Source of the DNA: Candidatus Obscuribacteraceae bacterium
GTDB taxonomy: Bacteria > Cyanobacteriota > Vampirovibrionia > Obscuribacterales > Obscuribacteraceae
Length of the DNA: 64,000 nt
Assembly (NCBI GenBank): GCA_044226015.1
Contig: JBGAHS010000002.1
Coordinates: 561,571 to 625,570 of the forward strand
Reading direction: 5' to 3'
Position 1 is the first letter of the stretch. Each line of letters opens with the position of its first letter. The notes under the pieces are model-generated. The model saw only the letters and a program-made list of their open reading frames with translations. It was not told where the DNA came from and searched no databases. Below are positions 45,698 through 56,635 of the stretch, in pieces. The position numbers and the translations under genes are program-made.

Positions 45698-46930
45698 TTA
45701 GGCAAGAACCTTGCTGCTGATGGCTTCGGCAACTTTCCTTCCCGAAGCCATCGCACCGTTTATCGAACCGGTCTCTTTATAGTCACCACAATTAAACAGA
45801 GGTGGCGTATCGTAATTCTTGTCGACGCCGGCAAGATCTTTCGGAGATTGACTTGGCAGAGCGTACTTAACCCTGTATGTGCGAAGATGGCGCCAAGCAG
45901 ACACCTGCTTGCCGTACCATGAACTCAGGTGAGAGCGCACAGCTTCATCAACTTGCTCATCGCTCATCTTAGGCTCACCTACGATCGATACCGACATCAG
46001 GCTCTGCCCTTCAGGAGCGTACGTCGCAGAGACGTTGCTCGGTACACAGAAATTATTGACGATACCAGACTTTTCGCCATTGAGCACCAGAAGCGGCTCT
46101 TCAAACGGCGGGCGTTCAGAACTGTAATATAAGCAAGTCTGGCTTCGAAAATCAACTCTATCAGATTGCCCTGTAAGTCGCCTGTACTCAGGTTCTTCAC
46201 AAGCAATTACTACAGCTTTGTACTGCCGACTTTCTCCATCAGCGAACTTCACCGAATTCCCATTAACACTTTCAACCTTTCTACTGAACTGAATGCATCC
46301 ACTTGGAAGTCGCGACGCAATTTGCTCAGGAATAGACTGCATGCCACCGGACGGAATCACGTTGTCGCCATTTGCAAATATTTTGAAGAGAAACTCGAAC
46401 ATGGTAGAAGATGTTTCCAGGTCTTGCTCCAGAAAGATTCCTCCAAAGAAAGGTCGGAAAAACTCATTAATCATGTTCTCTGAAAACCCCGACTGCTTCA
46501 GAGCAGTCATGGTAGTGTCGCCTTTCTCGTGCATCGGAAGCAGTCCCGCTCGAAGTGACGCCACAAGCATCTTGTCAGAGACATTTCCAATGGGAGACAG
46601 TAGTGTTGGAACAAGTTCCAATGGCTGCCTCACAGGATCGGCGAGACGGTGAAACTTATCTCCAGATCGCACAAGGGCACCAGGAAAAAACGACTTAAAT
46701 TTCAAGGCAGAGTAGTCCAAAACTCGTTTCGCTTCGGGGTATGCTGTCAAAAAGATTTGAAAACCGCGATCGAGCAGAAAGCCATCCTCTCGATCAGTTT
46801 TCACTCGTCCCCCGACGGACTCAGAGCCTTCGACGATAGTGAATTCGACGCCTTTCCGGTCCAGCCAATTAGCGCAAGTGAGCCCCGCCAATCCTGCTCC
46901 AATTATTAAAACCTTGTCTGAACTCATCAC
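45698..46930 (-). CDS. FAD-dependent amine oxidase / protoporphyrinogen-oxidase-like oxidoreductase
   Basis: IIGAGLAGL, VGGRVKTD..DGFLLDRGFQ..LTAYPE, CGDY...GSINGAM.SG. Confidence 0.85.
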   Translation of the reverse strand: MMSSDKVLIIGAGLAGLTCANWLDRKGVEFTIVEGSESVGGRVKTDREDGFLLDRGFQIFLTAYPEAKRVLDYSALKFKSFFPGALVRSGDKFHRLADPVRQPLELVPTLLSPIGNVSDKMLVASLRAGLLPMHEKGDTTMTALKQSGFSENMINEFFRPFFGGIFLEQDLETSSTMFEFLFKIFANGDNVIPSGGMQSIPEQIASRLPSGCIQFSRKVESVNGNSVKFADGESRQYKAVVIACEEPEYRRLTGQSDRVDFRSQTCLYYSSERPPFEEPLLVLNGEKSGIVNNFCVPSNVSATYAPEGQSLMSVSIVGEPKMSDEQVDEAVRSHLSSWYGKQVSAWRHLRTYRVKYALPSQSPKDLAGVDKNYDTPPLFNCGDYKETGSINGAMASGRKVAEAISSKVLA

Positions 46931-46965
46931 TCACCTATCTTTTGCCAAATCAATTCTAGCTCTCA

Positions 46966-48843
46966 TTAATGAACCTTAAGTGAACGAACCTTCTGTAAAT
47001 AATACTCATAGCGCTCATCGGCGATTTTATGTAATTCAGGATAGCGAATCAGCAGCTCCCTTATTTTCCCAAACGCATCAGCTTTCTCCTGGAAATCAGC
47101 AGATCGCGCTGCATCAAAGCCTTTGAGGCGACTTCTAAAAAACGGTTCAACTTTATCTTCCTGACCGTTAGCAATCCACTCGTCAACAAGCACTCCCTCA
47201 AAATCAACCGCCTGTCGCAATTCATCGGCCTGGAATTTTGCCTCCTCGACAAATTGGTAATCGGCTATAGCTTTATCGTGTTCTTTCCTGCGAGATTCCA
47301 GATTGCCTCTATCACGCAAGAGTTCCAAATAGTGAATACCGGTTCTTACCTCAAAAGCCGACGGAACATCAAGAATCTTAGTATCCTTTTGCTGTTTCCT
47401 CGCATGCTCTAGCCCTATCTTGATGATGGCATCAGCATCATCATATCGGTTTGAATTCAGATAAAGTGAGGCTAAATTCTCGTAGCAGTCAGAGGCTTCT
47501 ACTGTATATTCGCCATCGGGCAAGCGACAAAAACTCAGCGCTTTTTTCCAGGTGTCTTCACTGTCCCTAAGTTGCAAATGTCTTTCAATATCGGCGACAG
47601 AACGATAAGAAACAAATTGAATTCCTTTCTCTTTCGGCGAAATTTGCTGCAATGCCGTCAGAATACCCTTTCTGATTTCCAGAGCTTTCATCGTGTTATC
47701 GGCCGAATTTGAATACTCAAAACGCTCAGACTCAGAGAGCAACTGCGATAACTGACGCCTGGCAGATTGAATCTTTGGCACGTTAGTGGAAGCAGTTCGG
47801 CCAAGCTCAGAAGCGCCCTTCTTTTCCATGTAAACCATACTGGCAGCGACAAGGCAGACCATAATTGCACAGATGATTAGAGCAATATGTTTCCCGAAGG
47901 AACTCTGGCGTTCCTGCCTCTCTGTCCATCTGTTTCTCTTGCCAGCATTCGGTAGAGCTTGCAAGAGCATAGACTTAAACTCTCTAGCGCAGGAGGGTCG
48001 CGCATCGGCATCTTTGGAAAGTGCTTTTAAACACAAATCAAAAGCTGCCGCACGACTCACTGTATTTTCAAATTTCCCAGAAGCAGGCAAAGTCGCAGCC
48101 TGATGAAGCTGCAAATACCGTGTATGCATTGGGGTTTCGCCTTGAAACGGAGGCTTGCCCGATAAACATTCATAAAGCATACAAGCAACCGAATAAAGGT
48201 CAGCTCTTGCATCTAGCTTATCGCCTCGACATTGCTCAGGACTCATGTATGGTGCACTACCCGACAATTGGATAGTACGAGTCAAATTTAGTTTTCCTTC
48301 TTCACCTTCGAGTTCTCTGGCAATGCCAAAATCTAGCAATTTCACAAGCAGGCTATCACTCTCCGGATCCTTCATGATCATTACGTTTCCAGGTTTCAAA
48401 TCACGGTGCAAGAGATTATTGCTGTGTGCGCAATCCAGAGCATCTAGAATTTGAGTAAAGACCTCTACGATCTTCCGTGGACTCAACACTTCCTCAGAGC
48501 CTAACAACTGAGAGAGCGTCACACCCTCGATGTATTCACACACAAGAAACGGTGTGCCATCAGAACACGCCCCCATCTGGTAAACCTTCACGATATTTTG
48601 ATGAGACAAGCGCGCCAGAACTTTTGCTTCGGTCTGCATTCGCGCAATTTGCTTCGCCATATCTGCTGAGCCGTCAGTCTTGATGATCTTGAGAGCTACC
48701 AGCTGTTGAAGTGTCTTTTGCCTGGCTTTCAAAACTATGCCATGAGCACCCTCACCAAGAAATTCAAGAACCGCATATTCAGAAGGAACTTGCGATGCAA
48801 TTTCCTGCAATACCGCAGGTACAACTTCACGAGAATTTGACAT
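46966..48843 (-). CDS. Hanks-type Ser/Thr kinase with TM and TPR-like C-terminus
   Basis: LGEGAHG, VALK, HRDLKPGN, DFG, YMSPEQ; TM IALIICAIMVCLVAA. ATG 48843. Confidence 0.9.
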   Translation of the reverse strand: MSNSREVVPAVLQEIASQVPSEYAVLEFLGEGAHGIVLKARQKTLQQLVALKIIKTDGSADMAKQIARMQTEAKVLARLSHQNIVKVYQMGACSDGTPFLVCEYIEGVTLSQLLGSEEVLSPRKIVEVFTQILDALDCAHSNNLLHRDLKPGNVMIMKDPESDSLLVKLLDFGIARELEGEEGKLNLTRTIQLSGSAPYMSPEQCRGDKLDARADLYSVACMLYECLSGKPPFQGETPMHTRYLQLHQAATLPASGKFENTVSRAAAFDLCLKALSKDADARPSCAREFKSMLLQALPNAGKRNRWTERQERQSSFGKHIALIICAIMVCLVAASMVYMEKKGASELGRTASTNVPKIQSARRQLSQLLSESERFEYSNSADNTMKALEIRKGILTALQQISPKEKGIQFVSYRSVADIERHLQLRDSEDTWKKALSFCRLPDGEYTVEASDCYENLASLYLNSNRYDDADAIIKIGLEHARKQQKDTKILDVPSAFEVRTGIHYLELLRDRGNLESRRKEHDKAIADYQFVEEAKFQADELRQAVDFEGVLVDEWIANGQEDKVEPFFRSRLKGFDAARSADFQEKADAFGKIRELLIRYPELHKIADERYEYYLQKVRSLKVH

Positions 48844-48980
48844 GGAGCCCCCGACTAAGCGAAGAGTCAACAGACGTAAAATGGGGGGGCTAGACTTACT
48901 ATACCCACACAATTATGTTCGTATCGCAAATGAAATTATTTTGCCGTTAGTAGCCTTTGTACACGTCGACTACAGCTGAT

Positions 48981-49865
48981 CTATTTTTGCTTATCTAACT
49001 GGCGAGACACAGGCAGCTCAGGGTCTGACCCCCACTCCATCATCGACCCGTCGTAAACGGGTATCTTCTCACCGGTGTAAATCTCATGCAGTAATGCAAC
49101 AGTACAAGCGCGCACACCAACCTCACAAAACGCGACAATGCTTTTTGCTTGTGCAGCTTGTTCCGGCCAAACCTTCTGCAAATTCTCGGCGTTTAGAAAA
49201 GTTCCGTCAGAATTGAACAACTTAGAGTAAGGAAGTAGACAGGCATGCTCAAGCGTTCCAGTTCGAGGCATATACTCGTAAGAATCGCCGATGAACTCCG
49301 GCAGGCTGCGTGTATCAATCAATAACGGGTAGGGCTTTTCGCTCATTAACGACTTCAATTCCTGCAGCCGTATTCTGCGGTTTTCATCACGACGAACCAG
49401 AAATGGCTCCCCTGGAGGAGGCACCGCATCCGGTGCCACGGAGACAGCAGCCGAATTAGCCTTCCAACTGTTGAATCCGCCATCCAAAATGCGTACATCG
49501 CTTGCTCCGAAATAGAGCAGCATCCATGAAATTCGCCCTTCTCGACCTTTAGATTTATTGCCGTCAGCATAAACAACCACGGTGCGATCGTTCGACAAAC
49601 CGAGCTTAGTCAGCTTGCTTGCAATCTCATCGTCTTGCATCTCTGTGAGTAAGCCCCAATAACCGGGCTGATGCAGATCTGCCTTAGCTTCAGCAGGCGC
49701 CTTCGCACACCATTCCTCCCAGGCAATATGAATAGCACCAGGAATATGCCCGAGCTCAAATTCCGAGATTTCACGAGTGTCAACCAGCGAAACAGAACCA
49801 GGATCTTTTTCAAGGAGTCCCGATAATTCGGCAACAGTAATTAACGAAATGGGTGTCTTAGACAT
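48981..49865 (-). CDS. tandem-domain rhodanese/sulfurtransferase (SseA-like)
   Basis: GHIPGA, LDGGF..W, FCEVGVRA active-site Cys loop, YDGSM.EW. Confidence 0.88.
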   Translation of the reverse strand: MSKTPISLITVAELSGLLEKDPGSVSLVDTREISEFELGHIPGAIHIAWEEWCAKAPAEAKADLHQPGYWGLLTEMQDDEIASKLTKLGLSNDRTVVVYADGNKSKGREGRISWMLLYFGASDVRILDGGFNSWKANSAAVSVAPDAVPPPGEPFLVRRDENRRIRLQELKSLMSEKPYPLLIDTRSLPEFIGDSYEYMPRTGTLEHACLLPYSKLFNSDGTFLNAENLQKVWPEQAAQAKSIVAFCEVGVRACTVALLHEIYTGEKIPVYDGSMMEWGSDPELPVSRQLDKQK

Positions 49866-49867
49866 GG

Positions 49868-51724
49868 TTATGGCTCAGCGGTAGGAACAACAGCAGAAGC
49901 AGGAAGTATAGACCCACTCAGGAATGAATTGAAATCATCTTTTAGTTGTTCTCTGGCCGCCTTGAGAATGTACATCATGTGGCCCGCCGGATAATACGTT
50001 AATCTGACATTCCCTCTAATGGTGGGGTCGAGCAACAGCTGGTCAGCGGTGTATTTTGATGCGAAGTATGGTGTCGCTAAGTCGTAGTAACCACAGCACA
50101 ACCAAACTTTGAGATAAGGATTGCGACTCATGGCTTTGCGCAAATCATCCGAAACATCCAGATATTTGTTTTGAGCATTGCGCCAACTCCACGGCCACAC
50201 ATTTGCAAAAGACTCATAGGGAAGTTCACTCTCGTATTTGAGCTCTTTCCGCACATATTCATTGAATGCTGCTGTGTAGGTTCCTAACACAGCTTCTGAA
50301 CTGGGGTCGAACTCGCTTTGTTCAGTGCCTGGGTTATAGCGCACACCTGTAAATCTACTATCAAATCTTCCCAACTGTCGATTGCGCTCGTAAAGTAATT
50401 TGGTGAAGAACAGAGAATCCTCAATTCTGTTGTTTGCGCGTTTGAGAAAAGCCGCAGGTAATCCTGTAAATCGAGACATCTTTTGAGAAATCTCTTCAGC
50501 CCTAGCATCACTTAACCTATCTCCCTCAAACAATGCATCACGATATTCATGCGAGGCGAATTCTTCCGACTCGCGCAACACTTGTGAAAGTGGCTTTGCT
50601 TGCATATCAGGAGAGAGCATTTTGTGATACCACGCAGTTGCCGCGTAAGAAGGCAGAAACATTACAAACGGCATCTCATTTCCGGGGTTGAAATCGATTG
50701 TCGAGAAATTCAGCACCGTAGAGACTAATACAATACCGTTGAAATAAATGCCATACCTTCGCTGCATGAAATCACTCAAACCAGCAGCACGGGTGGTTCC
50801 GTAACTCTCACCGATGATGAATTTCGGAGAACTCCAGCGCTGATTTTTTGTCAGGTATAAACGAATAAACTCGCTTACACTTTCTATATCTTCCGAGAAA
50901 CCATGAAACTTCTTCGGGTCTTCATCAGGCTCAGTGCGACTGAAGCCAGTAGAGACAGGGTCGATGAAAACCAAATCTGTTTTATCGAGCCAGGACTCAT
51001 TATTATCTTCTAGCTTGTACGGAGGTGGCAGAGCTTCACCCCTGTCGCTTAACACAGCGCGTCTGGGACCCAAGCCACCCATGTGCAACCAAATTGAAGC
51101 TGACCCAGGACCGCCATTGAAGGTGAACGCGACAGGTCTCTTACTCGCGTTTTCATCATCTTGCCGCGTGTAAGCTATATAAAAAACCTTTGCCAAAGTC
51201 TTGTGTTCGGCCTTCTTGTCCTTATCTTTGTCCTTGTCTTTGTCTTTTTCGGTCTCTGAGCTTTTCTTCTTTTCCGAAAAGTCTTTCATTAACATATAGC
51301 CTGCGGTTGCTTTATAGCGCACAGACTTGCCATTTATCATCACGGTGTGTTCAGTTACAGAGAGCTTTGGCTCGTTTTTTTCGTTTTTTTCGTTCTTTTC
51401 GTCCTTTTCGCTTTTTTCGTCCTTATCTTTATCTTTGTTAGAGCTATTAGAATCGGACTTAGCCTTATTTTTGCTCTCTTGCTCTGATTTGCCTTTCTTG
51501 GACTGCTCTTCGGCTGCCCCTTTCTCGGCCAGTACTCGACGGTCTTTTGCTTTCAGACGACTCTTACTTTCAGACTGCGTGTTAGCGTGGTTTTTGTTCT
51601 GCTGCCCTGGTTCATCACTTTGCTGATTGCCACTGGCAGAATTAGCACAGTAAGCTACATTCCACCAACAAGATGAACTCGTCAAAACTGACAATGCAAA
51701 AGCTTTCCAAAACTGCATGCTCAC
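49868..51724 (-). CDS. secreted S10-family serine carboxypeptidase
   Basis: FNGGPGS, FIDPV.TGFS, GESYG nucleophile, GYYDLATP, AGHMMY. Charged low-complexity N-terminal region. Confidence 0.9.
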   Translation of the reverse strand: MSMQFWKAFALSVLTSSSCWWNVAYCANSASGNQQSDEPGQQNKNHANTQSESKSRLKAKDRRVLAEKGAAEEQSKKGKSEQESKNKAKSDSNSSNKDKDKDEKSEKDEKNEKNEKNEPKLSVTEHTVMINGKSVRYKATAGYMLMKDFSEKKKSSETEKDKDKDKDKDKKAEHKTLAKVFYIAYTRQDDENASKRPVAFTFNGGPGSASIWLHMGGLGPRRAVLSDRGEALPPPYKLEDNNESWLDKTDLVFIDPVSTGFSRTEPDEDPKKFHGFSEDIESVSEFIRLYLTKNQRWSSPKFIIGESYGTTRAAGLSDFMQRRYGIYFNGIVLVSTVLNFSTIDFNPGNEMPFVMFLPSYAATAWYHKMLSPDMQAKPLSQVLRESEEFASHEYRDALFEGDRLSDARAEEISQKMSRFTGLPAAFLKRANNRIEDSLFFTKLLYERNRQLGRFDSRFTGVRYNPGTEQSEFDPSSEAVLGTYTAAFNEYVRKELKYESELPYESFANVWPWSWRNAQNKYLDVSDDLRKAMSRNPYLKVWLCCGYYDLATPYFASKYTADQLLLDPTIRGNVRLTYYPAGHMMYILKAAREQLKDDFNSFLSGSILPASAVVPTAEP

Positions 51725-51821
51725 GTTAATCTCATTTCGCTTTCTATTGAAAGCACAGGGAATAAAGAGGAAGAGCTAACTATAGCAGCTTAAATAGCCT
51801 GATTCATCCAGTTATGAGATC

Positions 51822-52652
51822 TTATTTCGATTGACAGCCGGGGCAGAAATGAGATGAACGTCCATTCAGCTTTATGCGTTCAATCTTGCGCTTACATGTC
51901 CGGCAAGGCTCGCCCTTTCGTCCGTAAACCAGTGCTTCATGCTGATAGTTTCCATTCACGCCAGTCGCGGTGCGGTAGTCTCTCAGGGTGGAGCCTCCGG
52001 CCTCAATCGCATTCTGCAAAACGACTGAGATTTCCCTACTGAGGCGAGACAACTCTTTTAAGTTGACCTCTCCCGCAGCTCTGGCCGGATGGATTTTTGC
52101 GCGATGCAAAGACTCATCAGCGTAAATATTTCCAATTCCGGCAAGAATTGATTGATCTAACAAAGCAGTTTTGATGCATTGCTTTTTGCCTTTTAACGCA
52201 TCTTTCAAAAACTTGGGGTCGACAGCACGCACAGGCTCGGGACCCAACCTTGTTAGCGTGGGAAGAACCTCCTCAAAACTCTCATCGTGTGGAACACACC
52301 AGAGCCGACCAAAAACCCTGGTGTCATCAAAAATCAATTTCCTGCCATCCTGCAGCAAAATTCGAACGCGAACATGAGAGGGCTCTTCCGCCTTTGCTTC
52401 CATTACAATAAGCTTGCCCGACATCCGCAAATGCGCCATCATGCCCACATCCTCAGAAAGGCTTATAAGCAGGTATTTTCCTCGCCGATTTACAGATAAA
52501 AACGTCTTGCCGGCAAGAGTTCGCGCAAAATCTTTAGTGGAAGGGTAAGCAACCGACATCTCGCGCAATACCTTCACTGACTTGATGGTTGCTCCAACTA
52601 GCAACTCTTCAAGCCCACGCCGCACCGTCTCAACTTCCGGAAGCTCTGGCAA
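51822..52652 (-). CDS. mutM: formamidopyrimidine-DNA glycosylase
   Basis: MPELPEVE, RRGKYL, HLRMSG, GIGNIYADE, C-terminal CxxC...CxxC zinc finger. TTG start with GAGG SD. Confidence 0.96.
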   Translation of the reverse strand: MPELPEVETVRRGLEELLVGATIKSVKVLREMSVAYPSTKDFARTLAGKTFLSVNRRGKYLLISLSEDVGMMAHLRMSGKLIVMEAKAEEPSHVRVRILLQDGRKLIFDDTRVFGRLWCVPHDESFEEVLPTLTRLGPEPVRAVDPKFLKDALKGKKQCIKTALLDQSILAGIGNIYADESLHRAKIHPARAAGEVNLKELSRLSREISVVLQNAIEAGGSTLRDYRTATGVNGNYQHEALVYGRKGEPCRTCKRKIERIKLNGRSSHFCPGCQSK

Positions 52653-52740
52653 TTCGTCACCTCATCTTGAGCGTCAAACTTTAGTCTAGCCTAGAGTATC
52701 AACACCATTCCACAGATTGAAGCAGCGGAGTAAACGAAGT

Positions 52741-55700
52741 TTACGGTTTGGCAAGCTGAAGCATATAATCAAAGCCTGGCTCCTTCAATTCCGCAAGAGC
52801 CTGAGCATTCTTCAAATCGCCGCGCTCTTTCAAGGCAGCAACGAGCTCATTCTTAACAGCTACTACAACCTGCCATTCGTGATTCTTTACTTTCAAGAGT
52901 TTTATTGCTTCACGCAAATATACAAACTTCTTCTCTAAGTCTGGTTCCGTACTGATAAGTTTCAAACAACAACTCATTGCATAATCGCGTTCGCGTTGGT
53001 CAACCGGCACAGACTTATACCTCTCGAACGCATCAAGTAAATACTCGCGGCCAGACTTGGAATGGTTAACCGCAAAAAGATGCAACCCGGCAACGACTCG
53101 AGCACTCGCGCTTTCATTGGAGTCATGATACTGATCGATTTCGGAAAAGAACTTATTAAAGTCAAAAACACCAATTCCTTCTTTAGCCACGCGACTATGT
53201 ATAACCGTAAAATAGCAGTCATACCAGAACAATGAAATACCGTTTTGCGGTGCAAAAATCTTGTGTCGCTCTAACACCGCTCGCAATTTAGTGAGATATT
53301 CGGACATCTCTTTTCGGAGCCCCTTTTTCTGCATCGCATGAGCGGGCAAAAAGCAGTTGGCGGCAACACTTGCCCGATTTGAATTGTCTATGTTCTCATC
53401 AAGCACTTTTAAGTACAGGTTAGAAAAAGAAACCAACTGCTCGCTCGTGTCTAGCACGGATGAAGCTCGAACCAGTGAAAGCAAAAATTCATTCCAAAGC
53501 TCATTGTTGAGCAGAAGCCGCTTTTCCAAAAACGTTCGCCACTCGCTTTCAAGCTTCTGTGCATCAGCATTGAAACCAGACTTGAAGCAGGCGATGTATA
53601 GATCTTCTGCAATGTCTCGAAGCTGTAGGTTATTATCAGCGCCGTATTTTTCCGGATTGTGCAAGATTTCGACAAACGCCTTGCTCGCGTCCTTAACTTC
53701 TTCTTTAATGATTTCTGTGTTGCTTCCTATTCTCGAAACCAAAATCGACATCGCCCTGATATAAGCGGGGATATGAGGGTCAAAAATCTCCCTGGCAATT
53801 GCAGCATTCCTGACTTCAAGCAAGAACGATAACCCCGCCCGCATTTCATTGCTCCACAGACTTGCCTCTACAAGCAACCCTGCGCATGTAAAAACTCGAT
53901 TGGCACTTGTCTTGCTCAGCTTTGCACCTGGCACTGAAACATTTCGAACAAAGCAATCCATAATCTGCTTCAATTCAGCAGGGTTAATAGTTCTATGAAG
54001 AACAAACGACGCGGTGCAATATCTTTCAATAAATTCCATCAATATATTCAGCTTAAATGGCATGGAATGATCAAAAGTTGTCCAGGCGAATTTAAGGATT
54101 TCCAGAGAGTCTTCCGAGCGGTGAATTTCCAAAAGCCCGCTTGAAGTGTACATACAAATTTGAAACAGGGCATCACGGTCTACGGCATTTGAGCCAACAG
54201 CCGATTGAACAATCAGGTTTTTGCCTTCATCGAGATGTCCTTGCAAACACATGTAGTAGAATCTTCTGCTCAGATTGGTGAGGCGTGCATTTGCAGCAAA
54301 CTGCAGTGGAGCAGAGCCGGTTGGAAGAATATGATATCGCCCTTGCCATTGCAACAATGTCTTTTCCAGTTTTTGAGCAATCTCATCTTCTCTATGACTC
54401 CGCGCAATATCGATCATCTTTTTCAAAATGCAGGTTTCCGAATTGAAAAATGACTCGTGAGACTCCGCCATTTGGTTGTATACGTATTGCTCTGCAGGCT
54501 TTTCGTTTGAATGAACCTTAATCGTTATTTCTAAACGCTCCACAGTATCGGCAACGAACTCATTAAGAAGATCCTTCGCTTTCACTTTTATCAACGATTC
54601 AACAAGAATGGGCGCAAGATCCAGACGCAGAACCTTTTCGAGTTCGACAGCAGCGAGAGCAGACTCCTTAGCCTTTTCAACTTCAGGAATCTGCAAATTT
54701 AGTTCAACCAAACGTAATTGCAAAGCAAACTTCAACAACTCTGAATAGGAACGTCGCTTCTTAAGCTCTATAAGTGCCTTCGCCTCAGCAGCCGGGTCCC
54801 CACGATGGCTGAGTTGCACATCAGACATTTCCAATGCACCTCGAAGGTAAGCAGAAAGACCTTTATTTAGCAAAGCTGCTTTTACATACCTTGCATTGCG
54901 CAATTCCCCATGCACAAATTTCTCCAGGAATGGAAGGCTTCCGGCAAGACTGCTCAAGCGTGGCTCTTCACCTGCGCTAACTAACAACTGCCTTCGCTCA
55001 AGCGGCAGAATGACAGCTTCCATTACAGCAGCAGTGTCGGGAGACGACCCGAAATAAACATCCGAACGGAAAAGAAATTCGTTGTAAGCACGGGATATTC
55101 CGTTAATATAGTTATCGCGAGACATTTGCAAAACCAGCTGGCTTCGCGCTTCAACTTCGAACCATGAGACTGACTCTTTTTGATATTTATCTAGAAGCGA
55201 GCCAGCAGCTCGATAAAGTTTCACCCTTTGCGGCAATAGCGAAATCTTGCTGTTTACTTTGATCGCCTCGTCGAGCGACTCCATTGCTTTTTCTGAATTC
55301 TTGCAAGCGAAATATGAATCAGCCGCCTTCAAAAGCCAGTCTCGCTGAGAAAGAAAGTCAGAACTCGTCCCATACGTTCTAGCAATTTTCGTAGCCATTT
55401 CAGGCGCTTTCACACTCCCAAAACGTTGCAAAAGCTCAAAGTAAGATTGCTGCAGCCCCAGTGTTGAAACCGAAGTCAGGCTCGCCACAGGTTGAAAGGC
55501 GAGCTCAAGCACGGCGACCCTGTAATATGCAAGCACCGCAACGGCAATGAGTAAAATGAGACCGGCAGCAATTAGCCTAACCGACCGCCCCGTTTTCACC
55601 GTCTTTAATTTTCCATCAGCCCAAGAATGCAAGAAACTTGGGCTGTGCAATTCAACGCCCTGCGCTATGTCCGAAATAGCATTTTCAACTTCAAGAAAAG

Positions 55701-56535
55701 ATTGATATCGATGCTCTGGCTCCTTTTGCAAACAACGCAAAGTTATAAGCTGGAACCCTGCAGACATTTTCTTGTCAGTCCAGTCAAGCACTAGGCCGTC
55801 GGGATATTCGTGGCGCTGTTTAAACAAGACGCCTATTGGATTGTCGGCTTCGAATGGCAATTTCCCAGCAAGACACTCGTACAGAACACAGCCAAAAGAG
55901 TAAATATCAGATTGAACCGTAGCTTTTTGACCCGCCGCGAGTTCTGGGCTCATATAACTGGGAGTGCCCATGAGAAATCCGGTTTTTGTCAATTTACCGG
56001 TAGAACTTGAGTCCGAGTGAACATGACTGATGCCAAAATCGATTAACTTAACCTGAAGCTTTCCAGCGGATTTGACAAGAAAAATGTTGCTCGAATTAAG
56101 GTCACGGTGAATTACTCCAGCCTGGTGAGCCGCTTCTAGTCCAGCTGCCACTTGCGAAAATATCTCTATGCAAATTTCAGGTTTTAGTCGTTCAACCGAT
56201 TTCAGATAGCTCGAAAGTGACTCACCTTCCAACAACTCCATGACGATATAGGGTACTGAAACAACGCCAGAGTCCTTGTCAGAGACCTCCGTGTAGCCAA
56301 AAGCATAAGCAGAAACAATGTTGGGATGAACCAATCGCCCTAATAGCTTAGCTTCACGTTGAAAACGAAGCCCGTCTTCCTCGTCATTGAATACATCCGC
56401 ATGCAAAAACTTGACAGCAGACTGCCTGCCTAGTTCCAGATCTTCCGCGAGATAGACCGTGGCGAACCCACCCTCTCCTAATTTGGAGAGCAGCTTATAA
56501 CGACCATTTACTACCAGTCCAGCCCCAAATGTCAT
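52741..56535 (-). CDS. large membrane Ser/Thr kinase with about 900-aa helical C-terminal region
   Basis: LGEGGFA, AVK, HRDLNSSN, DFG, GTPSYMSPE; TM near residue 320-340. Confidence 0.88.
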   Translation of the reverse strand: MTFGAGLVVNGRYKLLSKLGEGGFATVYLAEDLELGRQSAVKFLHADVFNDEEDGLRFQREAKLLGRLVHPNIVSAYAFGYTEVSDKDSGVVSVPYIVMELLEGESLSSYLKSVERLKPEICIEIFSQVAAGLEAAHQAGVIHRDLNSSNIFLVKSAGKLQVKLIDFGISHVHSDSSSTGKLTKTGFLMGTPSYMSPELAAGQKATVQSDIYSFGCVLYECLAGKLPFEADNPIGVLFKQRHEYPDGLVLDWTDKKMSAGFQLITLRCLQKEPEHRYQSFLEVENAISDIAQGVELHSPSFLHSWADGKLKTVKTGRSVRLIAAGLILLIAVAVLAYYRVAVLELAFQPVASLTSVSTLGLQQSYFELLQRFGSVKAPEMATKIARTYGTSSDFLSQRDWLLKAADSYFACKNSEKAMESLDEAIKVNSKISLLPQRVKLYRAAGSLLDKYQKESVSWFEVEARSQLVLQMSRDNYINGISRAYNEFLFRSDVYFGSSPDTAAVMEAVILPLERRQLLVSAGEEPRLSSLAGSLPFLEKFVHGELRNARYVKAALLNKGLSAYLRGALEMSDVQLSHRGDPAAEAKALIELKKRRSYSELLKFALQLRLVELNLQIPEVEKAKESALAAVELEKVLRLDLAPILVESLIKVKAKDLLNEFVADTVERLEITIKVHSNEKPAEQYVYNQMAESHESFFNSETCILKKMIDIARSHREDEIAQKLEKTLLQWQGRYHILPTGSAPLQFAANARLTNLSRRFYYMCLQGHLDEGKNLIVQSAVGSNAVDRDALFQICMYTSSGLLEIHRSEDSLEILKFAWTTFDHSMPFKLNILMEFIERYCTASFVLHRTINPAELKQIMDCFVRNVSVPGAKLSKTSANRVFTCAGLLVEASLWSNEMRAGLSFLLEVRNAAIAREIFDPHIPAYIRAMSILVSRIGSNTEIIKEEVKDASKAFVEILHNPEKYGADNNLQLRDIAEDLYIACFKSGFNADAQKLESEWRTFLEKRLLLNNELWNEFLLSLVRASSVLDTSEQLVSFSNLYLKVLDENIDNSNRASVAANCFLPAHAMQKKGLRKEMSEYLTKLRAVLERHKIFAPQNGISLFWYDCYFTVIHSRVAKEGIGVFDFNKFFSEIDQYHDSNESASARVVAGLHLFAVNHSKSGREYLLDAFERYKSVPVDQRERDYAMSCCLKLISTEPDLEKKFVYLREAIKLLKVKNHEWQVVVAVKNELVAALKERGDLKNAQALAELKEPGFDYMLQLAKP

Positions 56536-56635
56536 ATAACACCTATACCCGTCTGTCGCAAGCTCGTAGCGCTTCTGCCAAAACGCGAGAAAACGACTTC
56601 ATTGACTTTAGCAGGGTCAAAGCACTATGCCACTA

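Noticed and set aside
45339..45720. ORFs 45339-45659, 45408-45692 and 45412-45720
   Set aside because: Open only because the repeat lacks stop codons; the 16-bp period cycles through frames and the starts are non-canonical or weak.
51218..51436. 6-bp and 9-bp repeats in the S10 peptidase gene as phase-variation tracts
   Set aside because: In-frame repeats encoding KD and EKN low-complexity linkers; length changes would not shift the frame.
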